From the NCBI GenBank assembly GCA_024679065.1, contig JAGIQG010000043.1, forward strand, positions 2,666,001-2,730,000: a DNA stretch of 64,000 nt, written 5' to 3'. The translations under genes and the position numbers were made by a program. Under the pieces are notes generated by a model. The model had not been told where the DNA came from and made no database searches. It was given only the letters and a program-made list of their open reading frames with translations. Positions 14,401-27,028 of this stretch are shown here, one piece after another. Each line of letters opens with the position of its first letter. Within the stretch, counting starts at the first letter, position 1. This DNA comes from Sphyrna mokarran (lineage: Eukaryota).

Positions 14401-14907
14401 TTAGAAGTGAAGACAGACGAAGGGATAAATAAATAATTCTCTGGCAAGAGCAACACTGGGGAGAGAATCACACATTTTAATGTTATGCACTGACTCAGTG
14501 GTTCCTACCTTCAGGAATGTAACGGTGCCTTCGCCAGACACAAGCAGTGGGAGAGGGGAAGAGGCCATTCGGCCTATCCAGTCTAATCTGATATTTAATC
14601 ACAACATGGTCTAACCGTGCACATCAATTTCACATTCCCGCCCTTTCCCCTTACCCATTAATGTATCCGTTTTCACAAATGTGCTTCAGTGATTGAACTT
14701 CGACGGTTTTTTTACAGTAGCGAAGAAATTTTTAAACGACAGAGAACAAATCTCTGAAAGATTGGGAGGGTTGTGATTGGGTAGAGATGAATTGAGCCTC
14801 CTGGAGATAATCACAGAGGCATTGCTAATCTACAAATTTGGACTGTACTTCGTAACGTGTCCCATTAAAGTTAAATTCATTGATAAGTAGTCATTGTGAA
14901 TAGTTAC

Positions 14908-15219
14908 CTTCCTGAAATGAGACACTGTCACTGAGAATACTTTCACTGGAGTTGACCCGAACGGCGCAGGTACAGCGAGCGCCGCTTCTCCAAGTTTCCG
15001 CCAAGAGACTGATGTAACTCCTGACGGTGTAGGTGCCGTCCGGCTCCAGTGTCCCCGAATCGGCCTGTCCCTCGGTATCCCGCCCCGAAACATTCCAGCG
15101 GACAGGAAAGGAATCGGGAGACGCACCTCTGACCAGGCACATCAATGGGACACTTTTCATGGCGGGAATCTCATCGAATGGCGGGGTGAGGAGGAATATG
15201 TTGGGAGAACCCGCTAAAT
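14908..15219 (-). pseudogene. A1 C1 exon, ORF intact but acceptor mutated AG>GG
   Basis: atttgccgg|ATTTAG versus atttgccag|ATTTAG in A3. 312 nt, donor G|GTAACT. Confidence 0.85.
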
Positions 15220-15315
15220 CCGGCAAATGAAACGAAGAACAGTCATTAATTGGTGTAACAGGTTTTTTTAATTGCTCTGAGATAACCACTGCAATAGAAT
15301 ATTAATGAGATTTAC

Positions 15316-15653
15316 CTATAATCTCTAATTTGGAGCCATTTCCGAATATTTGGACCATGGTCTGGTAACTGCGCTTTGTGCAGTAATACATCCCAGAGTC
15401 ATTTTTTCGGGATCCGTAATTATTAGTGAATAAAGACGCCCATTTTCAGAAATCTGGCTGGAAAATCTCCCGTCAGCTTGGCTGTTCTTGTATGCTCTGT
15501 AAACGAAATCCATGCCGTTTCTCCCCCTCTGTCTGTACCAGAGGACAGGGCCAGCAGCTTGACCGTTGATGCGGCAGCGGAGATTAACAGGACTCCCCAC
15601 AGGGAACGTTTGAACCGGCGGAAACTGGGACACGGTGACCTGAGACATTGTAA
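15316..15653 (-). pseudogene. A1 VJ exon with 1-nt deletion
   Basis: 338 nt versus 339 nt in A3. The frame is lost near 15405 (gatcccgaaaaaatgac vs gattcccaaataaatgac). The shifted frame continues YYCTKRSYQTMVQIFGNGSKLEII. Confidence 0.88.
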
Positions 15654-16611
15654 CTGGGAAAGAGAAAGAGAGAGAACAACAGTCACTTCATGTTATGGAG
15701 CAATCCCTGAATCCCTACAGTGCGGAAAGAGGCCATTTGGTCCATCGAGTCTGCACCAATCACAATCCATCCTATCCCCATTCCCGCTAATACCCTGTTA
15801 CGAAGGGGTAATTTAGCGCGGCCATTCAAACTAACCTGCACATCTTTGAACTTTGTGGGAAAGAGGAGCACCCGGAGGAAACCCACGCAGACATGGAGAG
15901 AACGTATAAGCTCTGCACGGGAATCCAAGCCTGGTGCTGTGATGTGACTGTCATAACCCACAGTGCCGCTGAGATGTTCCAGCACTTTTCAATTTTGCTT
16001 TGATTCTTCTCCCCCTCCGTTGACTGTTGGCGCTAAAGTCTGTTCAAGAATTTATAACTGACTTTGAAGTTCGACTTGAAAATCTTTCACTCCCAAATCG
16101 CCAGTACTGTTAAGGGAGCCCATTCACACAGCATACCTCAGGCGAAATGGCAAATCAGATTAATTCAATTCTAATCATTTTTTTCAGCAACATTTGATTC
16201 ATCGTTAAGTTAAAATTGCATGCTAAATCACACCTTGTAGCACTGCAGAAGACGGATTGGTTGGGGGGGACAGTTCGGCCCTTACAAATTGAGTTGGATT
16301 TGTGAAAGGTTTCACTAATATTATTGAATTTCGTCCCTTTAAATTTGTATCCAATTCCCCCATTTTGAAAGTTCCATTTCCCCTTTTTGAAAGTTCCTGT
16401 TGGATCTGCTTCCTCCGCCCTTTGAGGCAAAACCTTCCAGATCACAACAACTCAGATGGGTTTACAAAATCCCCTAATCTCCCTCTCTGTTACTTTTAGC
16501 AAATTCATGTTTCCTTGGTTCCAGAAACTCCTGCCAATGGAATCAGTTTCTGCCTCTTCGCTCTATCCATAACCTTGTCCATTCTATCTGAATATAATGA
16601 GGATATCCCAC

Positions 16612-16654
16612 CCTGGAAGAGATGGAGCAATGCACAGATGCCGAGGAAACCCAT
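16612..16654 (-). pseudogene. VJ-C1 receptor A1, leader exon (MGFLGICALLHLFQ)
   Basis: ATG at 16654, donor G|GTGGGA. Paralogue of 63785-63827. Confidence 0.8.
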
Positions 16655-16815
16655 TGTCCTTGAGTGAGACCGTGAGACTCTGAGCCCCTGATACAAATTT
16701 CATCGAGAACTCGCTCTTGTTCTCTCTGTGTGGGGGAGGTGTGAAATACATGCACTGTGTACATGAATGAAAACACGACAGGGGGTTGAACATAGAACCG
16801 AGGTAGAGAGCTCTC

Positions 16816-16828
16816 TGCGGTTTTCCTG
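16816..16828 (-). promoter_or_regulatory. Composite ETS/RUNX site upstream of A1 leader
   Basis: Minus strand CAGGAAAACCGCA about 160 bp upstream of the ATG. The same motif is at 63989-64000 upstream of A3. Confidence 0.45.
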
Positions 16829-17261
16829 TTTACTGCAGGTCCAGGTAATGGCGAGCATTCGGCATGTTCTCCAAAATGCCTTAAATATCTCACTCACATC
16901 AACTACACCAGACATGGAGTCAGAGCACGGTTCTTCCGAATCTGGTAAGGATTCCCAGATAATGGAAAAGGTACATTTAACATTTCACAAGCGTGATACC
17001 AGAAATGAGAGCGTGCATCTGTCAGTGAGTCTTGAAGAGGTTGGAGCTCTTTATCTCTGAAAGAAAAATTGAAAATTGAGGGCTGATCTACCGAGATATT
17101 TGCAATTATGAAATGGTTCAACAAGGCAGAAGTAGGATTCCAAAATATTGCAGGATGAGTTTGTTGCTAAGCAGGAATTCAGGACCAAAATGTAAGTTGG
17201 AAGAATGGGGGGAATATGGAACTCGATTGCATAGGGAATACTTTAATTTGATTTGATTTGA

Positions 17262-17730
17262 TTTGATTTAATAGTGTCACATATATTGGGATGCTGTGAG
17301 CAGTATTGTTTCTTGCGCTCTACACAGACAAAGCATACCGTTCATAGAGTACATAGATTTGATTTATTATTGTCACATATATTGGGGTACAGTAAAAAGT
17401 ATTGCTTCTTGCACACGTACACAGGCAAAACATATCGTTCATAGAGTATATAGAATTGATTTATTACTGTTACATGTACTACGATACTGTGAAAAGTATT
17501 GCTTCTTGTGCGCTATACAGACAAACATACCATTCATAAAGTACATTGATTTGATTTATTTTTGTCACATGTATTGGAATACAGTGAAAAGTATTGTTTT
17601 TTGTGCGCTATGCAGACAAAGCACACCATTCATAGAGTACATTGATGTAATTTCTTATTGTGACATGTACTGGGATACAGTGAAAAGTATTATTTCTTGC
17701 GCGCTATACAGACAAAGCATACCGATCATA
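17262..17730 (-). repeat. ~96-bp tandem repeat of Rex/Babar 3' terminus (about 5 units)
   Basis: Reverse complement of the 12188-12570 unit. It produces the repetitive ORF 17296..17751. Confidence 0.85.
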
Positions 17731-18974
17731 GAGAAGGAAAGGAGAGTGTAGTGTCAGAATCATCGCCAGGCTGCAGAGAAATTTCGACTTAATGCAATGT
17801 GGGCCTACTTTTTTGTTGTATAGAAATACATGTGACAATAATAAAGCAAACCAAATCAATTTAACCGTCAGCTTTCACAAACTGCATGTTTTTATAATGT
17901 TTACACAACTGAAACAGCTGAGAACCTTTCATTGAAAACACGTATCTGAAAGTATGCTCGGAGTTTTGAAGGTAATAGAACATAGAATACCGCAACATAA
18001 TTGCGGTATTCAATTGTATACACCAATACAGCTAAGCAAAGAAATAGGAACTAGGCCAAGGTGAGACTTCTGCAAAAAATTAAAATGTGCCAATTAATAA
18101 AAAAAATCGCGCTATCAAAGTTGTTCTGATTTTGGCGTTAGTTGTCCTATTTTCCTCCTCACGTCCGCTTGAGACGAATGACAAAGATGTATTTTAACTG
18201 GGCAGCTGGATAGACACAAAGGAGAGAAAGGAGTAGAAGGATATGTTGATGGGGTGATAGAAATAAAGGAATGAGGTACCTCTGGAACATTGACTGCAGC
18301 TGATAGGCTCAATGGTACCAATCTGTTCTGTGCTTTTCGTGTAATCGTGTTGGAAAACCATTAAATTAAAGCTATTCTTTGATCCTGTGACATGTGAACA
18401 GTTAGTGCTGCCTCTATGCTTTACGTGGGTTGCAACAGGGCATAGTCAACATTATTTCAAAGAGATTACAATCGCCTTGCTTGATGTCAAGCCTGGCCCG
18501 AACTTAATAGCCGGAGATATGTCTTTACAAGTGCACTTACTTTTGAAATGTAGGAGATTCAGTCAGGTTCATGCAAAACAGGATGCAGAAAATTGACAAT
18601 TGATGAAGCTTTTGATAAGTTAACGTTTAGAACCAAAAAACTCCTTAATGCAGAAGGAGGGCCATTCACTACTTTGTGCCTGCACCACCAGCAAACACAC
18701 CCAAGGCACTTTCGCCGTGACCCCACATATTTAACCTGTTAATTCCCGTGACACTAAGGGAAAATTTAGCATGGCCAATTCACCGAACCTGCACATCTTT
18801 ATCCAAAAAGGCGCAATTTAGCATGGTGTATCCGGTATTCTGCACATCTTTGAACACTAAGGGACAACTGAGCATGGTCAGACAGAAAACTGGCACATAT
18901 ATGGCCAGTAAGGGGGGACTTTGCATGACCAATCCAGAATACGTTGCACATCTTTGGACACTAAGCCTAACAAA

Positions 18975-19320
18975 GGTGTAAAAAATTATAAAATTATGAA
19001 AGGCGCAGATAGGGAGAACAGAGGGAAGCTTTTTCACAGGTTGGAGGTGACAAGCACAAGGGATGAAACGTTTAAGGGGCAAGGTTCAACGCAAATGTCA
19101 GGGCGAATTATTTTACACGGAGAATAGTGATGGCCTAGAATGCACTGCCGTGCAAGGTGGTGGAGGCGGACACGCTGGGATTGTTTAAGACTTATCTAGA
19201 TAACCACATGAACACAGTGGGAATAGAGAGATACAAACGAACGATCTATTTGGGCGCATGAGTGGTGCAGGATTGGAGGGCCGAAGGGCCTGCTCCTGTG
19301 CTGTGCTGTTCTTTGTTCTA
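18975..19320 (+). mobile_element. CR1 3' fragment inserted in a SINE array
   Basis: YKIMKGADR coding and gggccgaagggcctg...ttctttgttc tail. Confidence 0.75.
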
Positions 19321-20133
19321 AGGGGCAATTAAGCATGGCCAATCCACCTAAACAGCACATTGTTGGACATTGGCATATAAACTTACAGCGTTCTTACTTA
19401 GACATCCTGCCCCAGACACCTCAATCGCCATTTTTATTAATTCCTGTTGCTTCTTTTGAGAAATCCTCTTAAACCAATGCCATGCAGCTCTCGATATTTT
19501 GCCCTTTTTTACAAATATGCATTTGTTCTTTTTTACAGAAATGACAAATGGTGACAGAACACAGAAACAGACAAGGCTCTAAACTCAAAACTTAATTAAA
19601 GTAACATAATTTGTTCTATTGAAGCTATTCTACATACTTTACTTTAATATAGGCTATTTGAATATAGTGCGAGTAAGAATATTCATTTATTATTGCGCCT
19701 CTACAAAATCAGCATACCCTTTACTGGATGATAAACTTCCTTTATACTGACAAACAGGCCTATTTAAATAGCAGGTGCCTGGTTACTTATTCTCTACCAT
19801 CCAAAACCATCTCTACACATGCTGAGTGGTTGCACATGCTGTAGACTGTATTCCTGATTAACCATTCCTGATTAATCTGTGTATTTGGACACACTACATT
19901 TGGGCCCCAACTACTAATAATCTGTCATTGATCCTTTGAACGAGAATGTTGTCCTGTGACGAGAGACTGGGAAAATTATATTTATAATGTCTGTAGAACA
20001 ACAAAAAGAGACTTCAAAGCATTGAAAGACAATAGTTTGAAGGATGGTAATATGCCAGATCCGAAAGAATTTGATTTCTCCTTCGCTGGAAAATATGTTA
20101 CATAACCTCAGGGTAAATAACTTCAGAGGTCCC

Positions 20134-21940
20134 AGAGGACTGGAGGATTGCAAATGTAGTACCGTTGTTTAAAAAGGGTCAGAGGGATAACCCAGGGAAT
20201 TATAGGCTGGTGAGCTTGACTTCGGTTATAGGTAAGCTAATGGAGAGGATCCTCAGGGACAGGATGTATGAGCATCTGGAGCGCTGCGATCTGATCAGGA
20301 ATACGCAGCATGGCTTCGTTAAGGGGAGATCGTGCCTTACGAACCTAGTGGAAATTTTTGAAGAAGTGACACAAACGGTTGATGAAGGACAGGCCGTTGA
20401 GGTCGTCTACATGGATTTCAGTAAGGCGTTTGACAAGGTTCCCCATGGTAGGCTGATGAAAAAGGTGAAGGCGCATGGGATACAGAGCCAGGTATGTAGA
20501 TGGGTTGAGAACTGGCTTGGGAGGAGGAGACAGCGGGTCGTAGTGGAAGGCTCTTTTTCCAACTGGAGGTCAGTCACTAGTGGTGTGCCACAGGGCTCAG
20601 TACTAGGACCTCTTCTATTTGTGATTTATATAAATGACTTGGAAGAGGGGTAGGTGGTGTGATCAGCAAATTTGCTGATGACACTAAGATGATTGGATTG
20701 GCGGGTACTGAGGAGCAGTGCCTGGCAATACAACATGACATAGATAGGCTGGTAGATTGGGCAGATAGATGGCAATTGGAATTTAATCCGGATAAATGCG
20801 AGGTGATGCATTTTGGCCGGAATAATGTAGAGGGGAGTTATAGGATAAAAGGTAAAACTATCTGGAGTATAGAGATGCAGAGAGACCTGGGGGTGCAAGT
20901 TCACAAGTCTCTGAAGGTGTCAGTACAGGTGGATAATGTGGTAAAAAAAGCATATGGTATGTTAGCCTTCATAGGAAGGGGTATAGAATACAAGAGTAGG
21001 AGTCTGATGTTGCAGGTGTATAGAACGTTGGTTAGGCCTCAACTGGAGTACTGCGTCCAGTTCTGGTCGCCGTACTACAGGAAGGATGTAGAGGCCCTGG
21101 AGAGAGTGCAGAGGAGATTTACCAGGATGCTGCCTGGTATGGAAGGGCTGTCTTATGAGGAAAGGTTGAACGTACTGGGGTTGTTTTCCCTTGAAAGACG
21201 TCGGCTGAGAGGGGATCTATTAGAGGTATATACGATTATGAGGGGTATAGATAGAGTAAATGGTGGTAAGCTTTTTCCACCATTAGAAATGGATAGAACG
21301 AGGGGTCATGGCCTTAGGGTGAGGGGGGCTATGTATAAGACGAATATTAGAGGGCAGTTTTTCACGCAAAGGGTAGTGGGGGTGTGGAATGCACTGCCGA
21401 GTAAGGTGGTGGGAGCAGGCACGCTAGGGTTGTTTAAGGGTCTCTTGGACAGCCACATGAGCAGTCTGCAGATAGAGGGATATATGAGGACTGTTTAAAT
21501 ACTTTAATTGTTTCCACAGGCTGTTCGGTCCACCTTGTTGACCAACAAGGTGCATGCATTCGGCAGTTCGTGCGAGGGCTGCTCCTGGATGTTACTTCAG
21601 GAGTGGCCTAGTGCTTCATGTCGTTAGTGTATGCTTAAACTGGACCATCTGATGGGCATCATGACAGCTCAGAGACTATCGCTGTTGCTGTGCTGACACA
21701 TGGATTTGGGCCTGTGTCTGCGGGAGTTTGCGCGTTCTCCCCGTGGTTGCGTGGGTTTTCTCCGGTGCTCCGGTTTCCTCCCACATCCCAAAAATGTGCT
21801 CTTAGGCTGATTGGGTAACAAATTGTCCCTATATTGGTCTCTATATGTCATTAAGACGTTAGGATGGCAGCGCGGGCTCGTTGGGCCGAAGGGCCTGTTT
21901 CCCGTGCTGTGTTGTTCTTTGTTCTTTGTTCTTTGTTCTA
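20134..21940 (+). mobile_element. CR1 LINE (RT domain) with long SINE-containing 3' UTR
   Basis: ORFs 20165..20653 and 20659..21498 ([12 protein letters not shown]) and (TTCTTTG)n tail. Confidence 0.93.
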
Positions 21941-23469
21941 AAGGAATTGCCATTTCAGAATGAGAGGAGAAGAATTTTCTGCGCCTAGAGGATAATGGAT
22001 CTTTGGGCTCTGCCCAAGTGACCTGTCGATGTTCAGAACTCATAACCCGGTCCCTGGTGCAGTGAGAAAGTGGTGCTCTCCACTGTGTCACCGTGCCGCC
22101 TAGGAACTTAGTCAATGGAGTAAAAATCGATGGTGACTGGCAGAAGCAGGATCAATGAATTTAATGTTGTTGCTGGAAAATAAGGGCTCAAACTATGGAT
22201 CAAACACCTAGGCTCAAAATTCAAATGTTAAAGATCAAAACACATTGTGTTAGAAGTATTTTGAGTCGGAGCTATTCGCTCTGTTATGAAACAAGAAACA
22301 AGTTAATATTTTTAAATCACGAATATTAGAGCAGCATTTATTCAGATGTCCCAGTTAGACATCCCGTTAGGATCAGCTGCTTTAGTGAAACAAAACCCTA
22401 ATTAGGATACAATTTAGAATACGGTTTTCCGTGATACTTACTGCAAAGCGTCAACATGCACCACTCCAACAGAACGAAAACACTTAGAAACTGCCGTTGG
22501 GTGAAATCTTTCATTTTTGGGAGACTCTCATTCGACAGTTGATCCAATGAGAATATTGAAACAGCAAATTCAATGTTCTAGTTTCTCTACAAACAATTAT
22601 TCCGCCAGGGAAAGTTCAAAAGAATGACGAGGAACAGAGCATGGAGACAATAGCTGGATCCATACATTTTAAGGAGAAGGCCCTGGAAGAACGAATGAGT
22701 GCCACAACAGGTTGGGAGATGAACAGAGAGGGCGCTCCTTCCGGAGTGGTTGCAATGCACTGCAAAAAAAAAAGCTATGACCGTTAAAGTCAAGGAGAAG
22801 AGTCATGAGATTTTGCAGCACAGAGCGAGGCTTGGCAGCAGATAGAGAAAGACAGAGAGGTGTTGGCTGTGGCCACGCTTGCATGGTGTGACCTTAAGAA
22901 AGACACCTCGCTCACAGCCATTTCAGGGAGTGTGTAAAGCATAGTAAAGCAGCAATTGCTGGTCAAGATTCTGACCAAATTGAGACAGAAAATTGTCCGA
23001 GATTACAGCTCAATGTGGTTTTTCGTTTGTTTACAGTTGAGATGCTATACCTACTCAACTGCCTCCAAAGAACAGAAGCTGATACACAATGTAAAACCGT
23101 AGACAGTTGGGCATTCGAGATAGATTTAGCAGCACAGAGAAGCTGCTGGTTTACAATTAAGCCATATTACGAAAACATATTCAAAAGAAAATTGCTCACT
23201 ATTTACATGCATTCCTAAGTGTTAAGTACAATTAGTAGAAACCTCTCTCTGAGTCACAACAGACGCACTCATTTCATCTGCAGGTCAGAGGAACTGCAGT
23301 CTCTACATTCTACACTCAAGCAGCAAATCACTGAGATTTCCAACACAATTTCAATCAACTCACATATAATTCAAAGAATATTTTCACTTCTCTTTATGAG
23401 GCAGCTTGCATCAGGAACCATGTGCAACCTCTTTACGGAATGAATTAGATTGAACAGAATTACATTACA

Positions 23470-24560
23470 GCACGCTGGCACAGCTGTTAGCAGTACTGCC
23501 TCGCACCGCCTGGAACCTGGCTTCGATTCCTGCCTTGGGTGACTATCTGCGTGGAGTTTGCTTGTTCTCCTCATATCTGCGCAGGATTCCTCTGGGTGCT
23601 CCGATTTCCTCCCGTATTCTAAAAATATGCAGTCTGGGCGGATTGGCCGTGCTAAATTACCCCTTCCTGTCCAAAGATGCATCGTTTAGCCTTATTACCC
23701 ATCTAAATTATTCCTTAGTGTTCAAACAAGTTGAGAGTAGGTGGATTGACCATGTCAAACTGCACTTTAGTGTTCAACGTGAGCCGAATGGATAGATTGG
23801 TAATGCTAAATTCATAGGATAGGATCACAGAACTCCTGTAATGCAGATACGCCTCTTAGTATCTCAAAGTGCGTAGGGTAGGTAGATTAGCCATGCAAAA
23901 TTGTCCCTTTGTGTTCAAGGTGCGTAGGCTAGGTGGATCGGCCATGGTAAATTGCTCCTAGCATCTATTAGTGTGTAGGTTAGGTGGATTGGCCATGCCA
24001 AATTGCTCCTTAGTGTCCAAAACTAAGTAAGTTAGAGCGATTGGCCATGCTAAATTGCCCCTTTGTATCGAAAGATTTGTAGGTTAAGTGGATTGGCCAT
24101 GATAAATTGCCCCTTAGTGTCCAAAGGTGTGTTGGTACGTGGACTGGCCGTGCTAAATTGTCTTTTAGTGTCCAAAAATATGCGCGTTAGGTGAATTGGC
24201 CATGCTAAATTGCCCCTTAGTGTCCAAATATGTGCAGTTTAAGTGGATTGGCCATGCTAAATTGCCCCTTAGTATCCAAAGATGTGCAGGTTAGGTGGAT
24301 TGGCCATGGTAAGTTGCCCATTAAAGTACAAAGATGTGCAGTTTAGGTGGATTGCCCATGCTAAATTGCCCCTTAGTGTTCAAGGATGTGTAGGTTAGGC
24401 GGATTGGCTGTGCTAAATTGCCCCATAGTGTCCAAAGATGTGCAGGTTAGGTGGACTGGCCATGCTAAATTGCCCCTTATTGCCCAAAAATGTGCAGGTT
24501 AGGTGGATTAGCTGTAGTAAATCTGCGTTGTTATGGTTTCCTCCCACATCTCAAAAACGT
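23470..24560 (+). mobile_element. V-SINE with more than a dozen tandem 52-bp units
   Basis: A/B-box head near 23475-23535. Unit gatgtgcaggttaggtggattggccatgctaaattgccccttagtgtccaaa, e.g. at 24281 and 24333. Confidence 0.88.
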
Positions 24561-25959
24561 TCTCTTAGGTTGATTAGAGTATCAAATTGTCCCTAAATTA
24601 GTTCTCCCTCAGTCTTCCCCAGTAGGTGTAGACAAATATCATAGGTGGAGGAGGGCACTCATCATGTTAAAATGACGCCACGGGCTCGTTGGGCCGAACG
24701 GCCTGTTTCCTGTGCTGTATGTTCTTTATAACGTGGGTAATGTGGATAAATTGGTGCTTCCTTCTGAACCGTAGGCAGTCTATGAATTCCTGCCAGTTCA
24801 CACACGAACACTGAGAGTTCTACCCCCAGACGAGAGGGACAGATTAATAGTATCACCAAAATGATAAAGTGCCCCTCAAAGCTGCAAAGCGTTCTGATTT
24901 GGAACCAAACCACCAACTGTTCCGTCACTCTCCTGATTATAAACCTGGCAACTCTTCCCTCAAGTGAACTGTGAGCGAAACAGGGGTTAAAGTCGGTGGG
25001 TCATCATGGAATCGTCAAATCCTACATTTGGCCCATTGAGTCAGCACCGACCAGAATTCCACGCAGGCCCTATCCCCATAACCCTGTGCATCTACTCTAG
25101 CTAGTCCCTCTGACACTAAGGGGCAATTTAGCCCAGTTGAAACAACGGAGAAATAAAGCACGAAGTAGAGTCATGGAGCCATAGAGGCTGACAGCATAGA
25201 AACAGGTCCTTCGGACCAACCTGTACATACTGCCCCTTTTTTCGCCCCTAAGCTAGTCTCATTTTTCTACATTTGGCCCACTTCCCTCTATAACCATCTT
25301 GCCCAAACTTTTCCAAACGCTTTTTAAAAGACAAATTTGTACCCGTCTCTGCTTCTGCCCCTGAAAGCTTGTTCCAAACACTCACAATCGTTTGTGTGAA
25401 GAAAACGCCCCTGATGTATTGACGGGATAAACGATTCAAAGTTAATGGAGCGATCTGATGGAACACCGTTCAAAAAGACAGAGAGATAGGCAGGGCAGAC
25501 AACTCGTACAGAAGTATTTCGCTCAATTTCAATTGGGAAACATAGAGAGAGCTTTAGAGAAAGAAATAAAAGGAGAGAACAAAGTAGGTAATGCAGAGAG
25601 AGATGGGTAGGCACTTAGATGGAGCACCATGCAACTAGAATAAAAATAGTAAACATAGAACGCTGCAGAATACTTGATAGAAAATAGAGGGAGAGAGAGA
25701 GATCAAAGAAGAGAGAGAGAGATCAATAGCTCAAGGAAGAGATGCAAACAAACGTTGAGGACAAACCAACTGAGAAAACTACGCCATGGTAAAATGGAGG
25801 ATTGATACAGGGAAAGGGGGGAAGTAAACAGGAGAAGATGAACAACTGGACAGATCAAACACTCCCTACAGTACACAGCAAGACCATTAGGCCCATGGAC
25901 CCAGTTCGACAACTGCCCCAACCACGGACAAGCAACATTAGCCTAAATATATACCCCTG

Positions 25960-26520
25960 ACAATTTAGCATGGTCAATCCACGTAACCTACACATCTTTG
26001 GACACTAAGGGGCAATTTAGCATGGCCAATCCCTCTAACCTGCATATCTTTGGACACTAAAGGCCAATTTAGCATGGGCAATCCCCCTAACCTACACATT
26101 CTTGGACATTAAGGGACAATTTAGCATAGCCAATCCACCCTAACCTACACATCCTTGGACACTAAGGGACAATTTAGCATGACCAATCCGCTGACATACA
26201 CATCTTTGGACACTAAGAGCAATTTAGCATGGGCAATCCAACTAATCTGCACATGTTGGGACACTAAGGGGCAATTTAGCATACCAAATTCACCTAACCC
26301 GCACGTTTTTTGGAAACTAAGGGGCAATTTAGCATGGCCAGTCCAAATAATCGGCACATCTTTGGATACTAACGGATAATTTATCATCATCAATCCAACA
26401 CATTTTTCAACACTAAGGGGCACATTAGCGAGATGGATCCATATAACCTGCACTTTTTTGGAATGTGGGAAGAAACAAAAACTCGCGAAGGAAACGCGGT
26501 GCAAGTCATAAGGTTAGTAG
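25960..26520 (-). repeat. V-SINE 52-bp array in A2 intron
   Basis: Paralogous to 13770-14400. Confidence 0.8.
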
Positions 26521-27028
26521 TGAAGACAGACGACGGGATAAATGGTTCTCCGGCACGCTGAGAAAAAGCAACACTGGGGATAGAATCACGCGTTCTCAAT
26601 TTTACACGCTGACTGACTAGTTCCTGACCTTCAGGAATGTAACGGTGTTTTAGCCACACATAAGCAGTGGGAGATGGGAAGAGGCCATTCGGCCTATCCA
26701 GTTTAATCTGATATTCAATAATACTATTGTCTAACCGTGTACATCAATTTCAATTTCTCGCCCTTTCCCCTTACCCATGGATGTATCCATTTTCACAAAT
26801 CTGCTTCAGTGATTGAACATCCACGGTTTTTTTTTACAGTAGTGAAGAAGATTTTAAATGTCAGAGAACAAATCTCTGAACGATTGGGAGGGCTGTGATA
26901 GCGCAGAGATGAATTGGGCCTCCTGGAGATAATTGCAGAGACATTGCTAATTTAAAAGTTAGACTGTTCTTAGTAAAGTGTCCCGTTAAAATTAAATTCA
27001 TTGATAAATAGTCATTGTGAATTGTTAC

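Noticed and set aside
17296-17751. 151-aa repetitive Tyr/Cys-rich ORF
   Set aside because: Translation of the 96-bp Rex tandem repeat with no splice context.
22587-22980. Purine-rich, coding-looking unique stretch
   Set aside because: No sustained ORF or recognisable motif, so it is left unassigned.
23640-24520. CRISPR-like regular array
   Set aside because: Contiguous units with no unique spacers, derived from a SINE in a eukaryotic genome.
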